Of a stretch of 34,538 bases of DNA, positions 10,293 through 22,170 are shown piece after piece (position 1 is the stretch's first letter; every line of letters begins with the position of its first letter). Origin of the DNA: Basidioascus undulatus (Eukaryota); the NCBI GenBank assembly GCA_000826855.1, contig JTLS01000074.1, positions 1 to 34,538 on the forward strand. Direction: 5' to 3'. Under the pieces are notes generated by a model, which was given only the letters and a program-made list of their open reading frames with translations, was not told where the DNA came from and made no database searches. The position numbers were made by a program, and so were the translations under genes.

Positions 10293-12860
10293 TAGTGCGT
10301 GGAGAAGGGAGGGATGGTATGTGATGATATTGGGTGTACCGGTGCAGTTTTGTGGGGGAGCGCACGTGGAAGCGCTCTTCCTTCACGGCTGGTGCGGGTG
10401 GTTGTCTGTCGGGCGGTCGAGAACACGTTGTTGGCGTTTCGCAACGCTGTCTTGTCAGCACTTGTGGCTTCGTCTTCTGCTGACATTCGACTCGGCGCTG
10501 ATGTGCACTAGATTAATCGAACGCACTGCATCTCTGAAAATCGTTGTAAGCGGGACAGGCCAAGGTGACTTCTGTGCCCGCAACGACTTGCTCTGGATCC
10601 GCACTGCGCCCCGCCCTTCTCCTTTCACCTTCAATCACCTCTCCAGTAAACAGTCTGCGCGACTGACCTGGCGGGGAGTGGGCAGCACACCACTGTCAGC
10701 TGTATCTGTCACAGGCCACGCCGGCATTGTTGCAAAGTTGTAATCAAAAGTAAGTTGTGATAGGTCGTAATAGCACAGAGGGAGACCTCGCTTTCCTCCC
10801 TTTTCTTTCTCATCCCAACACACTCATTACAAGGATCTAAAAACTACAGGACAATGCTCAGAAAGAACTCTATATTAAAGCTTGTGCTTGCCGGAGCTGT
10901 AGCTTGAAGTTTTCCAAAATCAGTCCTTTGTTTCGTCCATCCTGACGTAAGGCAGTCTCATGTGCACTCAGAGTCACGTGTACGGAGTCACGTGCACTTC
11001 CAAAATGCGGCCAGCAACTTCGACCCGCTTTAGCAAACATGCCCTCGATACCCAAATATATGGTCTCTGGGTGCATCAATTGCTTCGGTCAGAAGGGCGG
11101 GGCGTTCTGAGACCCATTTACCGTTTTGCCCAGCTTACGTAAGTGTGGGAAAAAATTAACCGAAGACACAACAGATGGTTTTAACCCATACTTTCTTATC
11201 AAAATTTTCATGACAAGGTTTGAATCGAAGCGGCGAGCGAGCCTGGAAAGTATGGAGAAGTGCCTTTCTTCACTGTACGCTGCCCTGACCAGCCACTCGA
11301 CGCCTCCTATCATTTTGTTTTTGCATCCTCGTATCACGGTTGATGCAGGGTGACGTCTGTAAGAGGCCCGGTCCGGGGGCGAGGGAGCGAGGGAGCGGGC
11401 GGCCGCACCGCGAAAACGTCCCGGGCTCGCGCAGACGCTCTGCATGGGGTCGTTTGGCGTAGTCAACCGGAGACGTGAAGGAAGGCTTGATATTCAATGC
11501 GGTTTCTATCGTCTGGTACGATTGCTAAAGATATGTAGCCGTCAATTATGACAGGCAAGGGTGGTAGGAGTGGGGAGGAGACGGCGAGCTGGAGGAGCGC
11601 ACGTTGGCGCGCGCTCTCCCGGCTGCCTCCAAACCATCACCGTGGCTTCCAGGTTAACCATTATGCTCTGTCGCCCTCCCGATAAACCTCACGCCAACAC
11701 ACCCTACCTCCCCTGGGACGCAGCGACCACTCAGTCCACCACGCTCCCTTGTCTGACCTCCCCAAGCGGTTCGTCGCTTCGCTCCTCGCCGCTTCTTTGC
11801 CCTTGCGGAGGTCAACATGTTGGCGGTACGCGGTGATAAAGCTATCCATCGGGTTGTCACCTTTCAATTCGATAAATCCAGCTAGTGTATAGTGTTTTCC
11901 GAGACGTTTGGTCGCTGGAACAGGATGGCTCTACCCACAACTGACGGACGTGCCGCTCAACTGGCCCACCTCGAACGTCTCGCCTCCGCTTGCTGGTTTT
12001 CACCATTTCTACCTCATCCGTGCTTTCGATTCTCAAATGAATTTCTTCGATTTCATGCCCCTGTATTTCATTCCTCGCTAGGAGGGTGCGTCCACGCCCT
12101 CACCGCAGGATGTACCCTGCGTACCTGGGTCTGGGTGTCGTTGGTCGTGGTTCCTGTCCCTGTCCCTGTCGATCCGCTCAGTCGCTCGGCTGCGCTGTGC
12201 TGCTCAGTATCGTGCCCAGGAAAGATGACTAGGGGCGGCGCCATCAGATACGCCCATTGCGCGGGCGCTTCGCTATCCTCTTTGCTTCTGCTTGTCCACA
12301 TCCTGGCACCGCAGTCCACGACCGCCGTTGTTTCCGCGTTGTCGTCCCTCTCTTCTCACGGCCCCTCGCACCATCCACACCTCTCTACCCTTCGCGAGCA
12401 GACGCCCAGGCAATTACTCGGAGTTACACGAGTAGGTTGTGGGGTGCTCTCGTTATGGCCGGCAGTGGGGAGAACGACGGTGAGTGAACTTCAGTTTCGT
12501 TCGCCTCTTCATTCGTCTCGTTTTGACAGGAGCCTTTCCACCCCCGTTGCCCGTCGCTCAAGCATCCGTTCTGACCCTCATACACCCTCCCTCCCTCCGA
12601 AGCTTTGCTGGGCCCTTGGACACCCCTTGTACGCACCTGCCCGCCCTCCACCTTTGGCCGCCCATCAACTGATCCCGCGTTCCCATCTTCGATGCCCTCC
12701 TCCCGCAAACCACCGCCGACCCGTCCGCCACAGACGTGCACAAATTGTCGTCTCCGCCCGCGCGCTCACTCCTACACCCGCCGTGACGTTCTGCATCCCA
12801 GGCCTGACACCTCTCAACCCCACGCTCGCGCTCCCCGCGTCACCGCCTCCACGAACTCGG

Positions 12861-13640
12861 TTAACAACCCCTCCCGTCAACTTGTCCACCTCTAACACCC
12901 GCTGTACTCTCCTTGCCATCCAGATCGACCGCGTCCGCCTCGAGCTCGGCGATCATCAAGAGGCAAGGCTCGTACAGGCCGAGCTCGACCATGTCAGGCC
13001 TCCGCCAGTTGCGGCTCTCGTGGTACGAGGTCGGCCTCCGGCTGTCGCGCTCTTGAACTATCTCGCGGCAGAAGCGGATTTCGGATGTGCGCTCCTCGTC
13101 TGCTTGGAAAATCTTGCCGCAGACGGGTAGCGCGTTTTTGAGATCTTCCTGCAGCGAGTTGGTTCGCAGTACGACGGCGAGTGGCCGTTGTCCGTCGACG
13201 AGTACCTTGACTGGCGCAGACCGTGTCCCTTCGACCTCGGCCTGTGTGGGCTCTGCCGCTTTGCCTGGCCTGGCGTCAGGCAGACGTGGCGGAATCGGCG
13301 GACCAGGCGGGTATGGAGCTCGTGGTGGGGGAGGCGGAGAGCGGGCCGAGCCCGGGCGACGACAGAGTTGAGACGCCGTTGCGGAGGATAGAACTGGGGA
13401 GGAGGTGCCCGTGGCGCTGCAGATATCGATGGAGCAGCGTCTCAAAATGCGTCTTAGCTCTTTGCGCCCATCTATACCGGCACTTCGCCGGCGTTCTGAA
13501 CATCCACTTCTTGACCCCTTCTTTCCTTCACCAGTATCTTTTTCCTTCGTTTCTGTAATGCGTTGGCTCATCCCTTGCGTATACATATCATTTCCAGATT
13601 TCGAATCCCAACTGTACCGCTGTGCGCCGCCGGTCGCCAT
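12861..13640 (-). CDS. Hypothetical protein or gene remnant
   Basis: 259-codon ORF. The distal part (PVKVLVDGQRPLAVVLRT...LMIAELEADAVDLDG) has GC3-biased codons and globular-like composition. True start unclear; no family recognised. Confidence 0.3.
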   Translation of the reverse strand: MATGGAQRYSWDSKSGNDMYTQGMSQRITETKEKDTGEGKKGSRSGCSERRRSAGIDGRKELRRILRRCSIDICSATGTSSPVLSSATASQLCRRPGSARSPPPPPRAPYPPGPPIPPRLPDARPGKAAEPTQAEVEGTRSAPVKVLVDGQRPLAVVLRTNSLQEDLKNALPVCGKIFQADEERTSEIRFCREIVQERDSRRPTSYHESRNWRRPDMVELGLYEPCLLMIAELEADAVDLDGKESTAGVRGGQVDGRGC

Positions 13641-14054
13641 GAAGCCAATTCTCTTCCTGCTTCGGGCGTCTAGGGTTTCATTTCACTATTTGTGGCGCCG
13701 ACTCCGAGTACTGGGATGATTGAAGCGTCCGCGTTTGGGATAGTTGTCTCAATTGAACTTCTCCCCGAAACAGGCGTGAGCGCGATGCCAACGTCCTCGC
13801 CAACGCCTCACGCCAATCTCACGCACTCGTGAACGGAAAGGACGAGGGTTTTCAAGGGCATCTAAATTTATTGCATGAACGTCCATCTGCTCAGGCAGAT
13901 GTACATAGCACGCTCCGATGTTGCTTACCGGATCGCGCTTATGCGCAGCCGTAACAAGATTGCATTTCACGAGTTTATCGGGCTATTCTGACACAGAGTC
14001 TTACGAAACATCATAAAACTTCAACAAAGATACTCCACAGCAGAAGCCCTTCCT

Positions 14055-15265
14055 TTACGGCCACTCGTCCCAATTGCCCCAGCTGGTGCCCGAGACGGCC
14101 TGGTCGTACCGCCACTCCGCCTCGACCCAGTTGATGACGTTCCAGATAGCGGCGAGGTACTACTAACCTGTATCAGCCTGATTAAGGCAATTCTTTAGGA
14201 ATATACTACCCACAGCACCACGGTTGTTAAGGTACTCCAGGTAGTAAGCGTGTCTGGCGGGGAAACGAGTATTGTCATCAGCAACGGTGAAGGACAAGCG
14301 AAGTGCAGGCTAGGCTGAATACTCACTCCCACTATTCGGAGGAAGGAGTGGGAGCATTATGAGCAGAAGTTGCACTCTCTGTGGAGCTCACGTACAACGT
14401 CGATGCCGATGATTGGCACATGCGGTGGAGAGGGTGGAATGTCTTGATTCGCAGTCGCTGTGGGGCAAACCCCCTTCAGTAACAAGAACGGTTAGCCTCT
14501 TGGAGATGAGAAAACCGGCCTTAACTGATAATGTCGAGAGCCTTGGCATAACGGTTGTAAGTAAGCCAGCCCCACCCGCTAAAAGCACGCGTCGTCAGCA
14601 GTTCTTCAGTCTGTCTTCTTAGAAACCTCGGACTGAAGGCCAAACGTACGATCCTTGAATACCAACAGTGATACTGTTGAATAGGGTAATGAAGCTCGAA
14701 AGGGACCCGAATTGCTCCACAATGGCTTGTTCTAGATCGGACCCTGTAAAGCAGTCATGAGTTAGAGGACTCTGCCCGGAAAACTTTGCGGTCTGGGAGC
14801 AAGACCAGATGGATCACCTCGTGGAATGGTGTGGTTGGTGGAGTTGTTCGGGGTGAGGATCCTCCAGAACAGGGAGTGGTTGATGTGGCCTGAACCGGCG
14901 TTCCTCCATGAATCAGCACTTTCGCCCACGCTGCACATTGAAAGTCCGAACGGCTCACCTCCCCCATTAAACCTCAGCGGGCTCGTGAGCTGCACCTCAG
15001 CCGTGACGTTTCCTACCGAAATGGCGTTGCACATCTCCCTCTCGGCGGTGTTGAGCCCGGTCACGTACGCCAGATGGTGCCGGTCGTGGTGGAGCTGCAT
15101 GATCTGCGCCGAAATGTACGGCTCGAGCGCATCGTACGCGTACGGCAGCGGGGGGACGGTGTGGTTACGGAGGCCGGAGCAGTCCAGCGTTGGGCGGAGG
15201 GGGAAGATCTGCGCTGAGCCTAGCGAGGCGATGGAGGCGAGGGGGAGGAGGACTGCAAGAAGCAT
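14055..15265 (-). CDS. Mn-type (Fe/Mn family) superoxide dismutase with N-terminal signal peptide, 8 exons
   Basis: Exons approx. 15265-14959, 14889-14818, 14743-14650, 14578-14526, 14457-14396, 14331-14327, 14253-14214, 14159-14055. Product: PPLPYAYDALEPYIS...LHHDRHH...FNGGGHINHSLFW...GIQGSGWGWL...TANQD...IGIDVWEHAYYLEY...IWNVINW. All four metal ligands (His, His, Asp, His) are present. The GGG and NQD signatures indicate Mn specificity. Confidence 0.95.
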
Positions 15266-16324
15266 GTTAAGCTGTGCAAGAGGGGAGTGGGGAAAACGGT
15301 GAAGGAGGGCGGTAGTTCAGTAATAAACGAGAGGCCCTAAGACATAATGTCCTGGATTTTCAAGAATAAGCTGCCCGTCGTACCTCAGGACCTCTGGAAG
15401 CGCCCACTTGTTTCCGCAATAGCACTACAGGTGCGTGTCACTGAACCACCTGTTTTAGCGACACAGATACGGGAATGGGACGACCAACTTTTCCATGAAG
15501 CAAAAGTTTCACGTTCCGCCTTCTATAATTATGGCCGTTCACAAGGCGGGACCTCATCGGGCTGTGGTCCACAGACAAGCACAACCGCTCCCGCTACTGC
15601 CACACGCAGGTCAGGGACAGCCCAGCAGATGCATTGACGTTTTTCTAGAAGAGTAGGGTACTTTTCTTCAGTACATCAACGCAATCAGAACGTCCACAGA
15701 TGCGCGCTTAATGTGACTGTCGTAATTATCTCGTGCTGCAGACAAGGCTCCGTTCTTGACAAGGCTGGTACGAAACCACTTGGTTTTCGGTCTGGCCTTG
15801 CATCAAGCAACATATTTGCGGTAGGACCTTGATAATCTGAAGGCCTGTTATGAGCCAACGATGAAGCTGAAGGCGCTTGTAACTGCTGCGCGCGACAGTC
15901 GCGACAGCGCGGTCGCAGCGCGGCGCGTTCAGAGCGAACGGTCTTTCTGAAGAAGTCATCTGCCCGTACAAAAGGCTTTCCTGATCATTCAATTACGCTG
16001 TGAAACGAATACGACTGAATTGCGCCATGTCCTCCGAGCGAGACTGGGCGAGGTGACAGCAGCGAGAGAGATCCCAGACCATATAACACACGCTATTCAG
16101 CACCAGCTTCAAGTTGCAGCTCAATTCGTTACGATGCGGTGCGCTACGGTAGGTAGGTGCGTGAAATACAACAATGAAGATCGACTATAGTTATATATCG
16201 ACTGTACCACCCCATTAACTATGGTTGGGGTGGGTGGTTTCTCTGCGCAATATGACCGAGACGATGTTGAACGCGAAGCGATATACAAAGCGGACGGGGG
16301 AGGGATGGAGGAGTGAAACAAAGT

Positions 16325-18318
16325 CTACATAGCAGTGATGTGCAGGCCGCCCAGCGGCGGCGGTCCGGCCGCACCGCCGGAGGGCGCGTCCCCCCCGCCT
16401 GCGCCGCCGTTCTTGACATTGTCCGACTTGCGCTTGGAGTTGCGCTTGGCCCAGCGGAGACCGCAAGCTGCTCAATCGGTCCGTCCGTCAGTCTCGAAAG
16501 AAGGAACGCGTGGTTGGGATGACCGTCACGATAGGGTGGGTAGGGCAGGGGAAGGCAAGGTGGGGACGACGGACCATTGCAAAGCGTCTTCGCCCCCAGC
16601 GGGCCCTTTCTCCACTCGGGGCTATCCGTCCTCCCACAAGTAACGCACACGTGCGTATCGTCGTCCACCGCCTTCCTCCGCTTCTTCTTCTGCCCGCCCG
16701 CATCCTCGTCCGCTCCGGCGCCGACGACCTGCATCGGCTGGTGGGCGGCGGGTGCAGCAGCGGCGGGGGCGGTGGTGAATGGTGGGTTCGCGGTGGGGGG
16801 AGGTGGGGAGTCGGTGTGCTGTGTGGAGGGGTCGCAGGAATGCGTGGGGAGGGAGGGCTTGATGGGTGATGTGGAGGGGGCGGTGGTGGTTGAGGTGGTG
16901 GTGGAAGAGGTGGTGGAGAAGAGCGAGGAGCCAGGGTCGAGCCCCGCGCGCCGCGCTTCGGCATTGTTGCGCAGCTCCTGAGCGCGGGAGAGGGGGCAGG
17001 AGAGGAGAGGTGTAAGAATAGGAACGAGTTAAGGAGGGAATGAGGGAGAAAGAGGGAGAGACAGAGAAGACGCACCTGCAGCTCTTGTCGCAGCCGCTCG
17101 TTCTCCATCTTGACTTCCAAGAATGTGTCGAGCCTGTTCCCGCGTGCTCTCCCATCAGTCCCATCCCGTCCCACTCAACCCCATCGCCCACCGTGGAAGG
17201 AGATGAGAGAGCCAGCGACGCACGATTCTGTGTTCCGATTCGGGTACGGCCTGCCCATCGCGAAGAAGCACTTGATCTCCTCCCCGCCGTCATTCCCGTT
17301 CCCGCTCGCGTTCGCGCCCTCCTCCTCCTTCGCGTTGATGTTGTCCCTCCGACTCCCGAAGTGCGGGTGCCCGCGCACCTCGAAGAGCACGTCCTCGCCG
17401 GACTTTGTGCGCAGGCGGTAGATGATGGACGCTTGTGTGCGGGTGACGATGGCGTGCTGGAAGGAGGAGAGGAAGGAGGGGCGGTCGTCGGCTGTGGGGG
17501 GTGGACGTTCGGGGTGAGGGGAAGGGGCCATGGAAGTGGAGGGAGGAAAGAGGAAGGAGGAAGGAGAAGAGGGACAGACGGTGGATAAAGTCGACCATCT
17601 GCTTTCCGACCATGTCGTCCGGCGTCCAGCCGGACAGCTCGGTGATTGCGGGAGACTGGACAGAGAAAGATAGGTGAGGGTGGGTGCGGAAGAAGGAAGA
17701 CAGGGCGGATGGCAGGCTCACGGCAAAGAGCAGCTTCCCCGTCGGGGTCAACGCGTGCATGAACGTGTGCGCGAGCTCGGTGATGAGCACGTCCGCCCAC
17801 TTCTTGCGCTTCGTGAACTCAAACTGCTGCTTCTGCGGGCGGGCGGGCGCGGCGGCAGGCTCGGGCGGCTGCTCCTGCTCGGGTTGGGGCGGGGGCGGAT
17901 GGAAGAGTGTCGGCTGCGGCTGATGGAACGCGGCCATGTCGTGCTGCGGCGGCGGGGGGGGAGCCTGCTGGTAGTACAACTGCTGGGGTGCGGAGGAGGG
18001 GCCGAGCGCGGGCGGCCGCGCGTCGTAGAGCTGCTGGCGCTGGTAGGCAGCGTGGTCGTGCTGGAGCTGGAGATTGAGGTAGGACGGCGGCGGCGGCGGC
18101 CACTGCTGCGCGTATGGCTGCTGTGCGTGTGCGTGCTGTGCGTGCTGCTGGTGATGATGGTGGTGGTTGTGGTGCAGGTGTGGGTGACCTTGAATGGGAC
18201 TCGATGGCCCAGCGCCGGCGTAGGGCCCGGCGCCGCCATAGGGCCCGCCGATCGCAGTGGACGACGGGCCCGGGGCGGCGGATGACGATGAGGACGCGTG
18301 CGGGTGATGGAACGACAT
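16325..18318 (-). CDS. wc-2: White collar-2 (PAS domain + GATA zinc finger) blue-light transcription factor
   Basis: His/Gln/Pro-rich N-terminus. PAS region [15 protein letters not shown]...[10 protein letters not shown]...VDFIH...YRLRTKSG, then FFAMGRPYP and [18 protein letters not shown] finger [32 protein letters not shown], split by an intron. TAG 16325-16327. Confidence 0.9.
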
Positions 18319-18427
18319 TTCGCTCGCTATCGCCAGCTGGCTATTGCTAGCGCGCGCGTATTAGATTCGGCACCGTCTCAGATGGCGACCGCGCGACGGC
18401 TGGAGAGACAGCGACACCGAAGGCGGA

Positions 18428-18454
18428 GGATCGACAGAGGACGAGCGGATCGAC
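18428..18454 (-). promoter_or_regulatory. Paired GATCC repeat (light-response-element-like) upstream of wc-2
   Basis: GGATCGAC occurs at 18428-18435 and 18447-18454. The minus strand reads TCGATCCGCTCG...TCGATCCTCCGCCT, about 110-135 nt upstream of the ATG. Confidence 0.35.
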
Positions 18455-20435
18455 GATGGATGGGCTGCCTGGGTTAGGTGTGGGAGGCCTTTGGTAAGTA
18501 CCAAGTAAGACTACGAGATTTCGCATAAAAACATGGCCAGGTCAACAGGCCGCAAATCTCCACAGGTGTACAGTGCCCATTTGTGCCAGCCTCAGGATCC
18601 GTACACGTTACCCCAAGGCTTGTTACTCTTGAGCTCGCTCGCACAAGCAGATTTAAGTAGATCAACTGGATCCACAGTCACCGGGATGTTGTGAGTCCAG
18701 GCCTGAGGCACTGAAGTTTGCAATTCTGGACGGATTCGCCGTATATCAGCGTTTCAACTGCAAACGGTCTCGCCAGCTCTCGCAGTACTGAAGCTCGAAA
18801 CACCCCTCCTCACGACCGTCTCATCTTGCAAGAGAAATGTAACTCGCAGTGGCACAGAGAGTACGTTTTTTCCCCCTACAGCGTCAACGTACGCTCCAGT
18901 GCTTGGATAGCAATACTGACCTACAGTCCGTTGCGAACAGCATTCGACATGAGGCTCGACGACTCATTGCTGGCAAGATGCATAGGGCTCTTCAGAGCAT
19001 GGACCCTTTCGGGCTTCAGACATCTTGAGGTGATATTGGTCTTCTATCGCATCGACTTCCGTGGTGCCCCCCCTCTTTCGGGGAAGATTTTCAACTGCAC
19101 TCGGTGCCCAAACATGTCCAACTCCTTCACCACAACAGCGCCTATCACAGAGACCCCGTCATAATGTCAATGAATCTTCTCGCGTAAGTCAGAGATGAAC
19201 AAGGTACAGGAGAAATGGTCACAGATTCTTGCAGCGGCATTCAACGCATGCGCGCTCGGAGATACCCTCGCGGTCCATCTTGTACCCGCCTTCCCACTCC
19301 CAGACTCTTAAGATCCGGAAGGACCCAAGAGCCAGCCATGACCGTCGGCTGAAATAACAGTCCGAGGAAGGAAACAGCTCGGCAATCGGTCATTGCTCGC
19401 CGTCACTCCGGGTTCGGTTCGAACCACTTTCCGCGTGCGCCGCATCGTGCATGCATGAATTGAAGAGTGAAGACCCAAGAAAACTATTTAATGTCCTTTA
19501 GACATCAGGTCTTTTCCTGCAAACATCAGGAAAGCTCACATACTTACTGGCTTACACCCGCTGTGCGCGGCGCGGTTTGCCAAGCGGTTGGCAGGCCCGC
19601 AACCTCGAATCGCAGCTCTCAGCGTCGCTGCATAAAAAACGTGAGCCCTGTTGAGGAGAGGGATATTCAGATCGCAAAAAAAAGGTCAGCAAATGCTAAG
19701 AAGGCGTGATAAGCCACTACACCATATGCCCTACCCTACAAGATTCTTAGCATTGATCAATCATCACACTCAAATCCAAGAACACGGAGCACCTTGGGTA
19801 CATGTGGAACGTAGTCTTAATTGTGTTTGTTCAAGTCCAATGTGCCTTCTATCCAGGCAGTGAATTAAGAGCCAAGCTCCTCCATCCGCGGGGCTCAGCG
19901 AGATTTAGGTCAATGGGTACAGTACCATGGTCTCGGCCGAGTACCTCAAGTTGTCCTTTGTACACAGTCGAGGTTGTCTAGGCCGTATCTCTATCATCGT
20001 AGCCCTGAGTGATCCACAGAGGCAGGCCCGTTTATCGTCCCTCTCCGACCGGGCCTTGACCTCACCCTCAGCGTAGACCGGCAGCTGTCACAACTTGGGC
20101 GAAGGATGTGTGGCTGTCCCGTCGATCAAGTCACCTCTTTCTTTTCAACGTTAGGGAAGAGGTGAAAATTTCTCAAGAAAGGGTGTTTCCTGTACTCAGG
20201 TGTTTCTTTGAAGATTTTCACCGCTGCGCGGGGCCCGGAGCAAGTCCGACTCAGCAGCGCCGTCGATGAAGCGCGGCTGGCCGCCAAGCCGAGCCCCTCT
20301 CGGTCGCTGGCAGCGCACCGGCGCAACATCTCAGCTTCACACCGCCATCACCGTCGCAAGCGTCAACCTGTCCTCTTCTCTCTTCTCTATACTGCGCACT
20401 TCACTCTCGACGTAGAGCAGTTGATTCGGAGCGCG

Positions 20436-22170
20436 ATGGGCTTGTTCAACCGGAAACGAACACGGAGGGAGGACGATGATGGTCCGGACGGGACCAAGGG
20501 GACTAAGAAGGAGAGCAAGAAGCCTGCCAGTGAGTCGGGTTATCGCTTGCCATTCTACGTGGCAACGTTTGGTGTGGGTTGATGTTGGGAATGGGGAGGG
20601 ATGCCGTCGCCTTGGTGGCTTGGGCGCGATGAGGGGCGGCGGTTGGAGGGAGATCACGCCCTGGGGAGCCACCCGCTGCGTCCACCATTCGAGCCTAGCC
20701 AGGGCGATCCTGCTGCTCGCGCTGCCAGTCGTCCCGCAGCACTAACGCTGACCACACTTGGTCTACCCCTGCAGATACCGCTTTCAAGCAACAACGACTG
20801 AAGGCCTGGCAGCCGATCCTGACGCCGAAGCAGGTCCTGCCCTCCCTCTTCCTCATCGGCGTCATCTTCGCGCCGCTCGGCGCTGTCCTCCTTATCTACT
20901 CAAATCGAGTACGCGCCAATCCCTCTCCCCCCAAGCCCCTCCGCTTCCCTATCTGACGCTGGGACGATCCCCCAGGTACACGAGTTCACGCTGGACTACA
21001 CCGCGTGCGACTCGCTTGCGCCGTCCAACTCCTTCGCTGCCATGCCCTCCTCCGCCTTCTCCTATCCCTCCTTCTCCACCTACTCCACCCCCTCCTGGTC
21101 CTTCACGAACGACTCCTCGCGACCCGTCGGCGAGGAGGCGCAGTGCACGATCCGCTTCGATGTGCCGGCCGACCTCGACCCGCCCGTGTTCCTCTACTAC
21201 AAGCTCACGAGCTACTACCAGAACCACCGGCGGTACGTCAAGAGCGTCGACACGGACCAGCTGCTCGGCAAGGCGCCGAGCAAGTCCGCCATCGACGACG
21301 GCAACTGCAAGCCAGTCGGCAGCTACAACAACAAGATCATCTACCCTTGCGGCCTCATCGCCAACTCGTTCTTCAACGGTTCGTCGCCCCACCTCACTGC
21401 CACCCCGGATTCCCTTGACTTACATTTCGGCCGTCGCAGACACCTTCACCGTCCCCATCTCGCGATCCACCAACGCCGAGTATGCCTTCACGGACCGCGG
21501 CATCGTGTGGCCACACGAGAAGGAGAAGTACAAGTTCCCGACCGGCTACCCTACGAACGACTCAGTCTCGCCCCCGCCTAACTGGTACCGCCGCTTCAAG
21601 GACGGGTACACGGATGAGAACCCGATCCCGGACCTGAGCAAGGACGAGCACTTCCAGGTCTGGATGCGCACCGCCGCGCTCCCGACGTTCCGCAAGCTCT
21701 ACTACCGCAACGACAACGACACGCTCACCGCGGGTGAGTACGAGATTACCATCCACATGAGTGCGTCCTTTCCTATGCGCCTGTGGGGCTTCTCGGGATG
21801 GCGGGGCGATCCAGGCGGAAGGGTGCTTGCTGAGTGCGGATGTGGAATGGTTGCCTTCTTGCAGATTACCCCGTCGCCATGTTCGGAGGAACCAAGTCCC
21901 TCGTCTTCTCCACCGTGTCCTGGCTCGGCGGGCGCAACTCGTTCCTCGGCATCGCGTACATCGCCGCAGGCGGCGTCTGCGTCCTCCTCGGCATCGCCTT
22001 CACCATCCGCCATCTCATCAAGCCTCGGTCCGTCCCGTCCCACCTCTCATCCGCATCTCCCTCTCCCCTCTTCTCTTCCATCCGCGCTCCTAACTCCAAC
22101 CCCTTCTCTTCCGCGCAGGCGGTTGGGCGACATGTCCTTGCTCAGCTGGAACCAGCCCGGGGCCCGATAG
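20436..22170 (+). CDS. CDC50: CDC50/LEM3 family P4-ATPase (phospholipid flippase) beta subunit, multi-exon
   Basis: [22 protein letters not shown] (intron 20530-20774), TM1 [81 protein letters not shown] plus TM2, [15 protein letters not shown] 22168-22170. Confidence 0.95.

Noticed and set aside
11892..13130. 412-aa plus-strand ORF
   Set aside because: Non-ATG start, low-complexity composition, overlaps a more codon-biased minus frame, no domain.
16622..17800. 392-aa alternative-frame ORF and G/C-rich runs in wc-2
   Set aside because: Off-frame reading of GC-rich exons and introns; the runs encode Pro/His/Gln low-complexity segments.
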